A DNA stretch of 63,357 nt, filler included, from Octopus bimaculoides (taxonomy: Eukaryota), in assembly GCF_001194135.2 (NCBI RefSeq). It is 9 parts of 8 records of this genome, joined end to end, with 100 filler letters (N's around TTAATTAATTAA, not from the genome) between each part and the next. Parts side by side here need not be neighbours in the genome. Positions count along the whole stretch, not along the records: positions 20,807 to 24,478 come from NW_026414352.1; positions 24,579 to 38,474 come from NC_068992.1; 7 more parts are not named here. One strand, 5' to 3'. Of this stretch, positions 24,020-36,938 are shown in pieces. The notes under the pieces were generated by a model that did no database searches, was not told the DNA's origin, and was given only the letters and a program-made list of their open reading frames with translations. Numbering within the stretch: position 1 is the stretch's first letter; each line of letters begins with the position of its first letter. The position numbers and the translations under genes were made by a program.

Positions 24020-24478
24020 AAGACTGCAGCCATGCTGGGGCACCACCTTGAAAAAATTTTAGTCAAACAAATGGACTCCAGGGCTTGCTATTTTTTAAAA
24101 CCTTGGTACTTATTCTATCGGTCTCTTTTGCCAAACTGGTAAGTTACAGGGACATAAACAAACCAACACTGGTTGTCAAGCTGTTGGGGGACATACACAT
24201 ATACAAAGACACATATACACACATGGAAATTACAAGCAACTGAGACCTTCGGAGACAGGCTGTGCTTGAGAAAACCCACCAGGCCAAGTGAGATCCTGGT
24301 CATGGCCGATGCCGCAGAACCGGCCCGTTTGAAAGTGCCCTTCAATTGTTGGGCAAAGGTGAAGAACTGTTGAACTGAGTAAAATCCTAGTCGTGGCTGA
24401 TACCAATGTTGCCTGACTGGCACCCGTGCTGATCATCATCATCATCATCATCATCGTTTAACGTCCGCCTTCCATGCT
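24020..24478 (-). mobile_element. SINE family A tail followed by RTE-type 3' fragments
   Basis: GACTGCAGCCATGCTGGGGCACC...GGTTGTCAAGC, then GAGACAGGCTGTGCTTGAGAA, then CATCATCGTTTAACGTCCGCC. Confidence 0.65.
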
Positions 24479-24578
24479 NNNNNNNNNNNNNNNNNNNNNN
24501 NNNNNNNNNNNNNNNNNNNNNNTTAATTAATTAANNNNNNNNNNNNNNNNNNNNNNNNNNNNNNNNNNNNNNNNNNNN
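24479..24578. other. Synthetic assembly linker 5
   Basis: 44N-TTAATTAATTAA-44N. Confidence 0.95.
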
Positions 24579-25153
24579 CAGTGTAAGACTACCCTTTCAG
24601 ATATACTTTCATTGTGATTTCTGCAATGTGGTGCATAAATTGTCAAGTAAACGAGACGCATCTTTGCCTCCACTGATTCACTTGCAAAGTGTTGAGTAAA
24701 ATTATTTCGTTGCAGACCTCCTTTCAGTCTTCTTATTATCACTGAGTCACACATAGTCCCCAGTTGGTAACATTGATTTCAAGGCCTTCCCAGATGAGTG
24801 ACTGGTTGTTCTAAGACATTTATTGATTGTAAATTTTTTCTGCCCAGTTACCTATCGGTATAGTGGTCATCTGAAAACTCCAGAGGCAACACTTTACTCC
24901 AAACGTCGAACGTTGTTATTTCAATTGGGTCATGCCCTGCCAATTGCTATACATCCGTAATGCATCTTACAGCTGTGCCTGTCACCTGTATGGTGAGGAG
25001 TCCTACATTGGGGAGTAGTAACGACTACGCTAGGGTAGCCGACTGATTATCGTGATCATTCGTCTTTTGGTTTCCTGTAGCTTTGCTCTCTTTTACAAAC
25101 CCATTGAACATACATATATTTCCTATTTCAAAGAAATTCAAATAATACATATT

Positions 25154-25998
25154 AGACCCAAGTTAAAAACATTCCCAACAATTCAACTTCTCTGGTTGAC
25201 ATTAACACCCCCACCCCCAATTGGGACCTTAACTCCTAGATTTTTCAGCTCCATGAGCTCCAGTTTTCAGGAGCAAAATCCTTTTCGCAGGGTCCATAAC
25301 ACTAGAATTTTCGAATATTCCCATAAATATCAGATATATAAAGATAAGAATGTGTGTCTGTGTGAATCCCTAAAACTCGAGAACTACACAACCAATTTCA
25401 TTCCAAATTAACACATACCTTACTTAGGCTCCATGTAGTGTCTTAGACTAAAACAATTTTTAATTTCTTGCATAGTTCGAGCCCATAACAATATCATATC
25501 TCCTCCACTATTTCAGTATTACGTGTCAAAAGTGAAACAATAACATGTCGCTACTGTAATTTCAAATACTTTCACTTTAATACTTTCAATTTCATACTGA
25601 AACTATTAAAGTGAAACTATACTCTCACATATATACAGGCATACTATAAGACCCAAGTTAAAAACATTCCCAACAATTCAACTTCTCTGGTTGACATTAA
25701 CACACCCAGCTCCAATAGGGGCCTTCATTACCACATTTTAGAGCTCCATGTGCTCCGCAAAATCCTTTTTACAGGTTAAAAAGGACTGAAATTTTGGAAT
25801 GCGCATAAAGATCAATAGTATGGGATACATGTCTCATGATTAGAATTTTTTTAGGGTGTGTAAAGAGGGAAAGAACTCTCATGTGCAATTTTGATGAAAT
25901 TCTAATCATATGTATTCCAGTTCCTTACAGAAAATATAAGAGAAAAGTTTCATCCTTCAGTTGCATGTAACACGGGCAACGCCGGGTATCTCTGCTAG
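25154..25998 (+). mobile_element. Non-autonomous Helitron (about 25330-25998) preceded by a partial internal duplicate
   Basis: 3' end CACGGGCAACGCCGGG hairpin followed by TATCTCTG-CTAG|T. The 5' region resembles TCTATATATATAAAG.TGAGAATGT at 36939. 25154-25208 is identical to 25649-25703. Confidence 0.7.
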
Positions 25999-26239
25999 TT
26001 AATTATATTTATCTTCATATTTTTCATTCTAGCAACAAATCAAAAATATTAGCTTAAATTACAAAATATTGCAACAAATAGCAAAAGCCTATAAAACAAA
26101 ATTGCAAACATTATTTGATGAACAATTTCAGAAATTTATTCAACAAATTCTAACTTCAGCAGAAATATTTGTTACTACTTGTCTTGCACTTTTTCCATGT
26201 TCAGTATTTTAACACTCTGCGTCTGCATTCTAGTATATA

Positions 26240-26572
26240 TATATTCTTTTACTCTTTTACTTGTTTCGGTCATTTGACTGCGGCCATGTTGGAACACCAC
26301 CATAGAGGGTTTTAGTCGAAGAAATCGACCCCAGGACTTATTCTTTGTAAGACTTGTACTTACTATATTGGCCTCTTTTGCGAATCGCTAAGTTACAGGG
26401 ATATAAACATACCAGCATCGGTTGGCAAGCTTCTTCCAGTTTCCCTCTACCAAATCCTCTCATAAGGTTTTGGTCGGCTTGAGGCTGTAGTAAAAGGCAG
26501 TTGTCCAAGGTTCCACGCAGTTGGGCTGGACCCGGAACCATGTGGTTGGGAAGCAAGCTTCTTACCACCGCT
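26240..26572 (-). mobile_element. SINE family A, near complete, internally deleted
   Basis: Tail at 26240-26430 and head at 26440-26572, both reverse complemented. Confidence 0.8.
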
Positions 26573-27109
26573 AGATTCCTTCTACATTCACAGTCGTGAA
26601 CAGCCTAGGATGAAACTTGATGAGCTGTCATTTTTTTTATATATATCTATATATGTGTCGAATTGAAAGAAAATACTCTTCTTTTTCTGCTGAGCTGTAT
26701 TGCCTGTGTCTTTGTTTTTGATTTTCTGTCTCACCTGTTTGTAGTTGTCCTCTGTGTTCCAAGCTCTTTTCTCTGTAATATCACCCACTTTCGCGATGTT
26801 TTTTTTTTTTTTNNNNNNNNNNNNNNNNNNNNNNNNNNNNNNNNNNNNNNNNNNNNNNNNNNNNNNNNNNNNNNNNNNNNNNNNNNNNNNNNNNNNNNNN
26901 NNNNNNNNNNNNNNNNNNNNNNNNNNNNNNNNNNNNNNNNNNNNNNNNNNNNNNNNNNNNNNNNNNNNNNNNNNNNNNNNNNNNNNNNNNNCACACACAC
27001 ATTATATACGTACATCTGCACACAAATGTTTCTATATCAGCGACCTTGGTTTAGCTTGCCACATCTACATTGATTTATCAATCCGTAGAGAATGTTGTCT
27101 TGAATGTTT

Positions 27110-28480
27110 TGCGTATTTGGTTTTCTCCATCATTCGGCTTTATCTACTTACCTTCTTTCCACTATACAGCAACGACCTATTTATCTTCACTCCGACATCA
27201 CGCACATGTATGCAGATGATAGAGCCCGTTCCTCCTGCTAACCTTCCTACCGTGTATTATCCACATTTAATCTCAACTTAACCATCAAATCTAACTACAT
27301 GAATAGAGAAAAATCGGTAACATCTTCCAATGATTTTATGACGATCTTGTTTCTTTCAACACTTCAGGAAACTATATCGCAGTTTCCTTCAAAATTCGAA
27401 CTCGTACACACAAAGTCACTGTTAATGTTAGATTATTGATGGTCTCTCCAGGCGATCTCACAGCCTCAGTTTAGTAAAAACTGCACCACAAAAGGTGTTG
27501 TCGTGAGGCTGCCTGGTCACCGTTCTTGTGGAGTCGCCATGTTGGATGTGTAGTGCGTTGTTGAAGATCATCGTCATATGGTCCAGCTGGTGCGTGTATG
27601 ATAAATAAATGAAGCAATTCACGAATTTTTAACTTAGAGCATATTCATTGCTGGACATTATTGACTATGTTGGCTGTTTACAAAAGAAAGATGCTGATAA
27701 TATAACCGTCGACCGAGAGGAGAGAGCCGCGCTGTGTCTTATAGAAGGCCAGATGGGTCACATTGTGAGTAAATGTGTGAAGTCGTTTCTTGCATGAGAT
27801 GGTCTGTCCGAGTGCCCGAAGTGGTCTGGTCTTGAAGCTCTGCCTTCTGTGAGTGCCCAATGTGATCTACGCGAATGCTTGAGGCCGTTCTGGCTGATTT
27901 AACCGCCAAACGGTTTTTAAAGGGTGAAAAGAGGAGAGAATTTTTGATCACCCGGGGAGTCATATCACGCCACAGCCCTACGCTGATTGGTTGATTTACA
28001 GATCAATCACGCGCAACTGTGGTGGCTCACTCGTAGTCTCTAACTGAATATCTTGCGGTTGAGGGTCAAATCCTTACACTGTCTTCTTTCTATAGAGCAA
28101 GAAAATCTTTCTAGTTCCAACGATTAGCTACACTGACCAACGTTCACGGAAAACCCACAACTCAGTACTGCTACTACGCGCACAAAAGTACTAGACACAT
28201 CATACACTTACTAAGAAGTTTGCTCCCCGACACACGCCAACTTCTGCTGTCGCTTTACACCGCATTTTCTACCACTACTACAATGGCCTCAGCTGCTGGG
28301 ACCTCGCTAGTCTAGTGTCATCTCTACTTAAGCATTCCTGACTCATGTTTTCATCTTATCACTCCAAGTGTCCACCCACGCAGGTCCACACTGACCACTT
28401 TGCTCATTCCTTCCTTCTCGGATCATCTTTCATCGGGAATTCCCATCTTGGCTATTAATTAGCAGCGTTTTAACTCCCAT
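27110..28480 (+). mobile_element. Decayed CR1/L2-like LINE RT and C-terminus, interrupted by a solo LTR
   Basis: LYSNDL...HMYADD (YADD 27209-27220), SLVKTAPQKV before the insert, then LYRARK...FYHYYNG...DHFAHSF after it. Confidence 0.7.
27499..28078 (-). mobile_element. Candidate solo LTR (580 bp)
   Basis: TGT...ACA ends. It splits the LINE reading exactly at QKV|LYRARK. Flanks GTGT/CTGT are an imperfect 4-bp TSD. The minus strand has CCAATCAG and TTTAAAAA promoter-like motifs. Confidence 0.55.
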
Positions 28481-31400
28481 ATTGCAGGTCTGAAAAGTTC
28501 AAGGTCACACTCTCATCCTTCAGACGAAACAATTAGAATGTTTTTTCTTAAGTTTATGTTTTTATGTATTTATTTATGCTATGATATGGAGGAGGGTGTT
28601 GCAATTAGCCTGTCTTATGTACGCTTAAGACCAACTTAACCAATGTCTTCCTTTTAAAACTGTAGCGATTTGACTGCTATTTCTAGCAGCAGCATCAGCA
28701 CCGTTAAATCTGTATTTCCGTATTTAAATGTTGGAGAAATTCTGCAAAACAAAATCTTCTCAGGGTCTTGTCTTCTGTAAGATAAAATTTCAATGAAACG
28801 AAAATAAGATGTGGCAAAAGAGATGAGAAGGGCAAGAAAAACTAGAAAAATCAAAGTTAGTAAAGTATTTATGTGAGACGGTTAGATAGATAGAGAATGT
28901 GATTAATGTAGATGGATAGATGGATTGCAAGGAAGAGTGTGACGGAAGAATAAAGAAAGCAATGTGTTGGATGGATGGATAGTTAGAAAGAGTGTGACGG
29001 AGGGATAGACAGATAGCAAGATAAACCAAATTAATAAACTGTCGAGTAACGGAAAGAGAGAGCGTCATATGTTGGAATGGTTAAACTGACAAAGGAGAAA
29101 AAAAAAAACTTCGTAAACAAAGAGAAAAGGGGTGAGGAGAAGTGTGAACAAATGACTTCTGTGTGTGAGAAAGAGAGACAGGGTGAGAGAAAAGGAGAGA
29201 AAGAAGGACGGAAAAGAGAGAGCGAGAAAAGAGAGTTCTGTGTATGTGAAAATAGAAAAAGCAGGTGGAGGAAGGTTTAAATGGAAGGAAAATCACTGAT
29301 ATTGTTTATTCGGTCGGAGAAGGAAAGGATGGGTAAAGTTTCTCCAGTTTCCTCAGTGTTACTATCCCGCCACCCACATCCAAATCTGCCGCCATCAATC
29401 CTCCTAAGCATCACTTCCATCATCAGAATCATCACGACCACTGTACGCACGTATCATCAGTGTGGCTGCTGCTGCTACTACCACTACTTCTACTACTATC
29501 TATCTATCTACTTTGCAGGTCCTTTGTGTTTCCGTTCGCTACTGTCTTGACCGGTTGATAAGACACAGCTGGCTGGTCATGTTATTTAGTGCACAGGATG
29601 CTGGTGACCGACTGCAGTACAAGTAGCCTGACGGACATCTATGTATAAGCACATATATTTTATATAGATTGATAATACAAAGTTATTAAAATTGCCCTCC
29701 TAATTCGGAGACAAGAAACAGTGTACTTCGCTAGCTTTGTCGCTAATTCCATCAACAATAACAACAGCAGAGGTCGTTCTAATCTGCTTGAAATAGCAGT
29801 CAAATCTCGCACTACCGTCTTTAAAAAATGATGCGACGGATAAGGTGGTCAGAGATTCTCTGTACAAAAGATTAAATGGTCACAGCTAGAATGCTTTTGT
29901 TCAAGATCTGCTCGCAGGGTTAACTTGGGGTTAAGCAACAATAACAACGACATAAAATCGTAAATTTAACTTGTGGATAAATTTTATATGTAAAGGAAAA
30001 GAAAAAAATAAAAGTAAATAAGACAAATATACCATACTTATCGTTCTCTTACCTCGCTGTTTTTATAGCTTTCATCGAGTCTATTTAACTCTGTATCTCT
30101 CTTTACTGAGCAAGCAACAGCATCTTCATCAACAACAGCGATGATGGTGGTGCTTTGAAATTTCTTATGAGTTATTAGAAACTGCGAGTTATTAGAAACT
30201 GCAATTAACAACGAAAAAAGGTGTGTAATTTAATCAAGCTATAACTGGATTTGAACTCAGAACATGAGGAAAATACCAAGAAAGTATAAAAAAAAAAAAC
30301 TTTTGGCTAGCGTAAACTATTGATTCTTCCGTCCACTGTTTTAAATCCATCTCCCTCATTTTTATCACTATTAACAGTAACAAACATCGATGACAGTATA
30401 TAGCATTATCAATAAAACATAAACAAATTTACCAGAATATTAATAACTATTTCGTATTGTCACGCTACTCAACTGAAATATTTACCAGTGTCTTTGAAGT
30501 GAAATGAGTTATTGGTTAAAAGCATACACGCGCGCGCACATGTACACATAGATGTACATGTATACACGCACGTACATTTCTTAAATATGTGTATTGGATG
30601 AAATCTTTGAAAAGCGATCGTAGCACGCTTCCTACGTTCCGTTATTGTCCGCCTTTGCACACGTGTACACATACTCACGCTCATGCACAAACGCATACAG
30701 ATACTTTGCTTTTTTTACTCACGTGTACACATGTATTCTTACTGACGCATACACACATAACAGCCAGGCTTATCAAGTTACATATTCGACTCCATTCATA
30801 TTCTTCTAAGCTGGAAGTATTCTATACAATACACAAGTCACTCACACAACTTTTACATTCCTACAATTATATATAGTAACATGCACACATACATTGTTTC
30901 TTTATACGCATACTGGCATGGAAATGTGAACATACAAACGAAAAATATTTAAAACTGATACAGTAATAAATTTATTATTTCTTCTTTGTGGAGTTGTGAT
31001 ACGAATAAAACAAATAACCAGTCATTTTAGCTTTTAAGAGTCAGTCTCTCTTTCAACACATTCAGAAAGCAATAAGAGAGAAAACGTCAGAAAGAGAGAA
31101 AGTGAGAGAGTGGAAGACAGAGGAAGTGAGAGAGTGGGGAGAGAGAGAAGGAAGGAAAGTGTGTGTGTGTTCTAATTTATTCTGCTTCTAGTTTGAAATA
31201 TGTGAGGGGCAAACACCATCTAGGTTCTGGGGCTTCGCCCAGGGCATATAATAGAGCATTAATGAGGAGAGACGAACTGATGAACACTCAGTCGAAAGTA
31301 GAAGTCCACATCCTACCATCTCAGTCATTATGGCATCTCACTCTGACTTTACAACACTTTATACACGTACATTCACTCACACACACGCATACATACATTC

Positions 31401-31987
31401 ACACATGATCCCATTACACGCACATATATTTTAAGTACTTCTACACAAGTTTTGACAACGTAAACACCAAGATTTTGGCTCCGTTAAGAGAACCAACTAA
31501 GAGAGGTGTTGTGCTGTCTGGCTTAACTTCAGACAGGGATCTATCGTGTTTTTCGCGGAAGGAAATATTTTTACTTCAGGTCAATTAACGGAACCTTTAC
31601 TATTTATCTCTTTTTACCTTGGATTTGTTTAGCTGTATTACTCGAGGATTCAAATCGCAACAATTCTAGGTAAGTATCTTGGTATTCTATCTGTATCTAT
31701 ATTTCTGTTTATCAGTTCAGCTGTTTATCTGTTTTCACAGTCTATTAATCAGTCTGAACTTTTTAGTGGCTAAGAGGATTCACCAGTTGGCTCCTCCCAA
31801 AAGATAGCTTATCCGAGGTTCATCCCGAAATGTGTTTTAACATGTTGGATATCGTAGACGGATGGTGACAAACTTCAACATTTGGGTTCAAAATCTAAAG
31901 AATCTAATAGTATTTTTTTTTTCAGACTAAATTTATTGATAAATATTTGCATAACATTATATTGTCGAATTTTGAATAAAGACTTAC

Positions 31988-32207
31988 CAGAGATAGAACT
32001 TATCGTTTTGCAGCTTGAACATCAAGTGCAAGCTAAGTTTGTCTTGCTCTAACTTTAGAATACCGGCTATCATCACTGTATCAGTGGGAGGTAAACAACT
32101 GGTGATGATGTGCGGTTTATTACAGTGAATCATCACAGTTGATGGACTGTTATATTCGCTGCAAAATGCCAGATTCACCCACTCATTCATAGTAGAGGCA
32201 CGTGCTT
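31988..32207 (-). CDS. Candidate 220-nt coding exon, unknown gene
   Basis: Acceptor GTCCCTTTTCTGACCGTTTCCAG|, donor CTG|GTAAGT. One open frame: ARASTMNEWVNLAFCSEYNSPSTVMIHCNKPHIITSCLPPTDTVMIAGILKLEQDKLSLHLMFKLQNDKFYL. Unique, non-repeat-looking sequence. Confidence 0.45.
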
Positions 32208-33194
32208 CTGGAAACGGTCAGAAAAGGGACGATTTCGGATATTTATTCTCGCAAAAGCGGACAGACAGAAATGGAAAAAGAAAGAACTCAAATGTAAATG
32301 TATTTAACTGCATGTCCCACAGAAAAGTTTTCCGAGTGAAAGTACATACATTCACAGACGCACGTATTAATATATGTTATAATGTATTGCAAATGTATAA
32401 ATCTTTCAGAAAGTAATGTGTGTGTGTAAATTAATGTTATCTACACAGTTGTAAACGCCACCATCGAAAACATATTTCTGTGATATTTTATTGAAATAGG
32501 AATTTTTCAGAAAGGAAACAAAATGGTTGAGAGAGGAGCGAGTCTAGTTATGTATGTATGTAAAGAGGGTGAAAGAGCGTATCAGGCGTAAAAAGAAAAT
32601 GGGCAAACAGAAATAATACCCCGTGTCCAATGTTGTGTTTGAACAACAAAGGCAATTGAGATTAAATTAAATAACATGAAACGTAAATTCTTGAATAAAG
32701 GAAAATGCCACCGCTTCCAGAGAAGGAGGCCAATTACTTATTGGTAACTGATGCCAACGCCAAAAGAAAAGAAATAATTTCGGAACTCAAGAATTCTCCA
32801 AAATTGACATTTTGGGGAAAAGCAGTCTAACTGTGTGAAGAGATGAGGATAGCTGTGGATAGCACTTGTTTCTATCTCAATGTGCGTCATCAGCACAGCA
32901 ATTATCCTGCATACGAATCAATTAGACATTGAGAAAAAGGAGTAAAACTTTTATGGCCTAGGGAATTGGTAGAAATGAAAAGAAAATGAACTAAAATGAC
33001 TTAGAGTGACTATTGGCATGTATTTGAACAACAAAGATGAATAGGGATATATTAAATAATACACAAATTAGATTCTCGATTTATTGAAGCATGTTCCCCT
33101 TGAAGAGAAGATAGAGCAATCGTTTGGTGACAATTGATACTATTTCTAAACGTGGTAGATAATCTTAAAAATCAAGAATTCTCTAAAATTCACT

Positions 33195-33580
33195 TGGCTA
33201 TGGCAAGAAGTTTGCTTCCCATCCACATGGTTCCGGGCCTAGTCCCACTGCTTGGCACTTTGGACGAGCATCTTCTACTATGGCCCCATGGAGACCAAAG
33301 CATTTGTGAGTGGGTTTGGTAGATCGAAACTGAAAGTCCGTCGTGCACACACACACACATGTATGCATGTGTGTGAATCTTTGTGGTAAATTTGTCCCCA
33401 ACCACTGATAATTTGTATTGATTTCTTTATGTGCCTGTAACTTGGCGACTTGGAAACGTGATCGATAGTATAAGTGTCAGACTTTTGAAAAAAATATTTA
33501 CAAGGGTCAATTTGTTCGATCAAAACCTTTCAAAGCAGTACCCCGGCGTTTCTTGCAGTCCATAGACTCAAACAAGTAAA
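33195..33580 (+). mobile_element. SINE family A, decayed full length
   Basis: Head GGCTATGGCAAGAAGTTTGCTTCCC...CATGGTTCCGGG, internal (CA)n, decayed tail. Confidence 0.7.
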
Positions 33581-36025
33581 ATATTAAAGATAGATCTATC
33601 TGTCTGTTTACTTAACTAATATGTATCGTTTAAAAGTCAGAGGCTCCATTGATCTTTTCGGAAAAGACTCCCTCAGAGGCATATTGTCTCTATAAACACA
33701 ATATACTTCAAAGGTAGACAAAATGAAATCGTGCTGGAAGCAATGGGAAGAATGACAGATTTGCATTTCCGTATTTTTTGCACCTTGTCAATGCCACGAG
33801 GTAAAACAACTCTAGAGTTACAAAGGGATAGTAGGCTGAATAAAATTCAAATTATGCAAGAATGCATGTATATATGTGTGTGTGTACACATGTATATGCA
33901 TACTCTTGCAAACACACACACATGCTGTCACAACTTTGTATATAAAAAACGAAAACAGATAGGCGGAGTTTCATAAGAGCTATCCCTACCTTGTGGGACA
34001 CGGAATTGGGTACTGTTTTCCTTCATTTTTAATATAATTGTTTCATACAACAGAAATTGATTCCGTAAATGATTTTTTCCCCCAGGATAATTTATTATTA
34101 TTATGTATTCTGCCCCTCCCAAACTGTTTAAATGCAAGTGTTTGTCATGTGCGTGTGCTTGTGTGTGTTCATAAAATGAATGTATGTAATATATTATGTG
34201 CGAGGAAGCTAATAAGTTGTTGCGTGCATACACTCTCTCATATATTTGTAACGTAATGTTAACATGACATGGTTTGTAATGTGATGTAAACAAGAGATTT
34301 TGTATTGTGTTTCATGATGTTGTTGTCCCTGGACATCTGATAATTAAAGATATACCAACCGTGACCATTTTGTGGTTTTGTATATTTAGTTCTCCTTTTA
34401 TTTTTATTTCTTCTTTTTTTTATGGTGCTAGGTTGTGATAGAAGCGGTGTGCAAACATTCTCCTAGTAGGTTTAGTGACAACATTTCTGTGTCCATTCCA
34501 TCCTTTAACAGCTAACACTGAAGATTAGCCCTAATCACAGCCTTAAGCCCCAACCACAACCCTTATCAATCTAACCGTCACTCATAACACTCATCCTACA
34601 CCCTAATCATAAACCCTAACCAGATCCCTTACAAATTGCACATATCATCAAATGATTTGTGAGCTCAGTGTTGCTTATGACTAAACAGAGTGTAATAATG
34701 TCTTCTTTGTACTAGCCTTAATCTTCCTCCACTCACATCCTATCTTAATAGACAAAAAACAGAAAAAAGAAAAAAGTTCAGCAAAAAATATAGTCCTGAT
34801 ACCCCTAAACTGACAGAATGGTCATGGCTGAAATGTCTTTTTATATCTTTGCACAATCTTGTCTGGCCTAGGGTTAAAAACCAAAAACTAAGGAAATCGC
34901 CATGCAGTTGTTTGACCTGTAAGAAATAGTAGTCACATCTAATCACACTGCAACAAATGGTGAATACTGAATTGTTTTGGATCTTTGAAATGAAGGTAAG
35001 AAAGGAAACTAATGTAAGGGTTTAGGACATCTCTTTCACTTTTGTTGATCAGTATCTGTGGCCGAAATTCAAGGTCCATAACAGATGCAATCAATATGAA
35101 ACCTTAAGTGCAGTATCCGTCATTCTAATTTCATTTACAAAGACTTCAGTCGACCTGAAACTTGTCTGGGGGTTAGAAATACTTGCCTGATACAGAATGT
35201 ATAGCAAATGCATCTGTAATGTTGTTTATAGTGCTTGTTGGTTGATTCTGCTCGCACACTGACACACACCACTTTTTTGAAATTTCAAGTTTCATTTTGT
35301 GATGTGTGCCAGTATGTATGTGTGCCAGCCTACCATTTTCATCTCCTTCTAAATTCCAATCTAATCGTAATATACACCATCTAAAAGGTATTTATAAAAA
35401 ATTTTATAAAAAAATATCCATTTTTCAGAAAGTCATCAGAAAACAGTCAACTTGAGTGAATTTTCCAAAACTCTTTTCCCTACTCTTGGAAAAACTTTTT
35501 CAGTACAAATTCCAATCTAATCAGAATCTACACCATCTGAAGCATATTTGTAAAAAATTTCATTAAAAGTATCTATGCTTCTGAAAGTTATGAAGAAACA
35601 GACTTCGGTGGCAGTATGTATGTATATACACACACAAGTCAGAAAAACACATACACTGTTTCTTGAACACTTCATATGTAAATGATGAACATACATAGCT
35701 GCCTTTCAGTGTGTGTGTTTGTCTGTGTATGTATGCATGTTTTTGTTGGCTGAAATCAAACACTAAAAAATATTCATAATACCATTTGTATTTAACAATA
35801 AAAGAAAAGTAGTGGCGACTAGAAGATATATGGATATAGCGCCATACAACTTGAGAGTTTCGTAAATATTCGTATCTTACCCATAACTCGATTTTAGTCA
35901 TTTTTGTTTTGTATCATAACTGACGGATATTTTGAAAACAAACAGATACAGAAAGATTACCATATCTTTCTGTCTGCCTGCCTGCCTCACTTATTATTAT
36001 TAGTAGTAGCAGTATTAGTATTATT

Positions 36026-36474
36026 AAGGCGGAGAGCTGGCAGGATCGTTAGCACGCTGCACGAAATGCTAGCTGTATTTTGCCCATTGTAACGTTCTGG
36101 GTTCAAATTCCGCCAAGGTTGACTTTGACTTTTGTCCTTTTGGGGGTCGATAAATTAAGAATCAGTTGTGTACTAGGGTCAATCTAATCAACTGGCCTGC
36201 TTCCCCAAAATTTCAGGTCTTGTGCCTAGAGTATTATTATATTATAAAGATTATTATTATTATTCAGCGAGCTGAAAGACTCGTTGGCATGCTGGATGAA
36301 ATGCTTAGCAGTATTTTGCATGTCGCTATGTTCAGAGTTCAAATTCCGCCGTGGTTGACTTTGCCTTTCATCCTTTCAGAGTCGATAAATTAAGTACCAG
36401 TGAAATAGTGGGGTTGATATAATCAACTCGTCCCCTCCTTCACAATTTCAGGCATTGAGCTTATAGTAGAATGG

Positions 36475-36506
<32 letters not shown>

Positions 36507-36938
36507 GGCAGCAAGCTTGCAGAATTGTTAGCATGCCAGGCAAAATGCTTAGCGGCATTCTGTGCATCCTCACATTCTGAGTTCAAATTCTGCTGACGCC
36601 GACTTTGCCTTTCATCCTTTCAGCGTCGATAAGAAGAGTACCAGCTGAACACTAGGGTCGATGTAATTGACTTTCCTCCTTCCCCAAACTTGATGGCCTT
36701 GTGCCAAAATTTAAAATTATTATTATTATAGAGCTGGCAGAATTGTTAGCATGCCAGGTGAAAAGTATATCATCTGCTGCTACATTCTGAGTTCAAATTC
36801 CACCGAGGTTAACTTTACCTTTCATCCTTTCGGGGTCGATAAATTAAGAACCAGGTAAGTACTGGAGTCGATGTAATTGACTAGCCACCTCCCCGCAAAT
36901 TCCAGGCCTTGTGCTCATAGTAGAAAGGATTATTATTG
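36026..36938 (+). mobile_element. Chain of four head-to-tail SINE family B copies separated by (ATT)n
   Basis: Copies begin near 36026, 36267, 36506 and 36729; each ends GGC(C/A)TTGTG...(ATT)n. Confidence 0.85.

Noticed and set aside
30055-30165. Minus-strand open segment KFQSTTIIAVVDEDAV...KNSE ending at GAG|GTAAGA
   Set aside because: Weak acceptor, phase incompatible with the 31988-32207 candidate, no homology recognised.
31277-31310. CTGATGA...GAAA...GTC hammerhead-like string
   Set aside because: Stems I, II and III do not pair.
36026-36938. Idea that SINE family B is mobilised by the R4/Dong-like LINE
   Set aside because: The SINE ends in (ATT)n while the LINE ends in (AAT)n on its sense strand, and I see no shared 3' tail.
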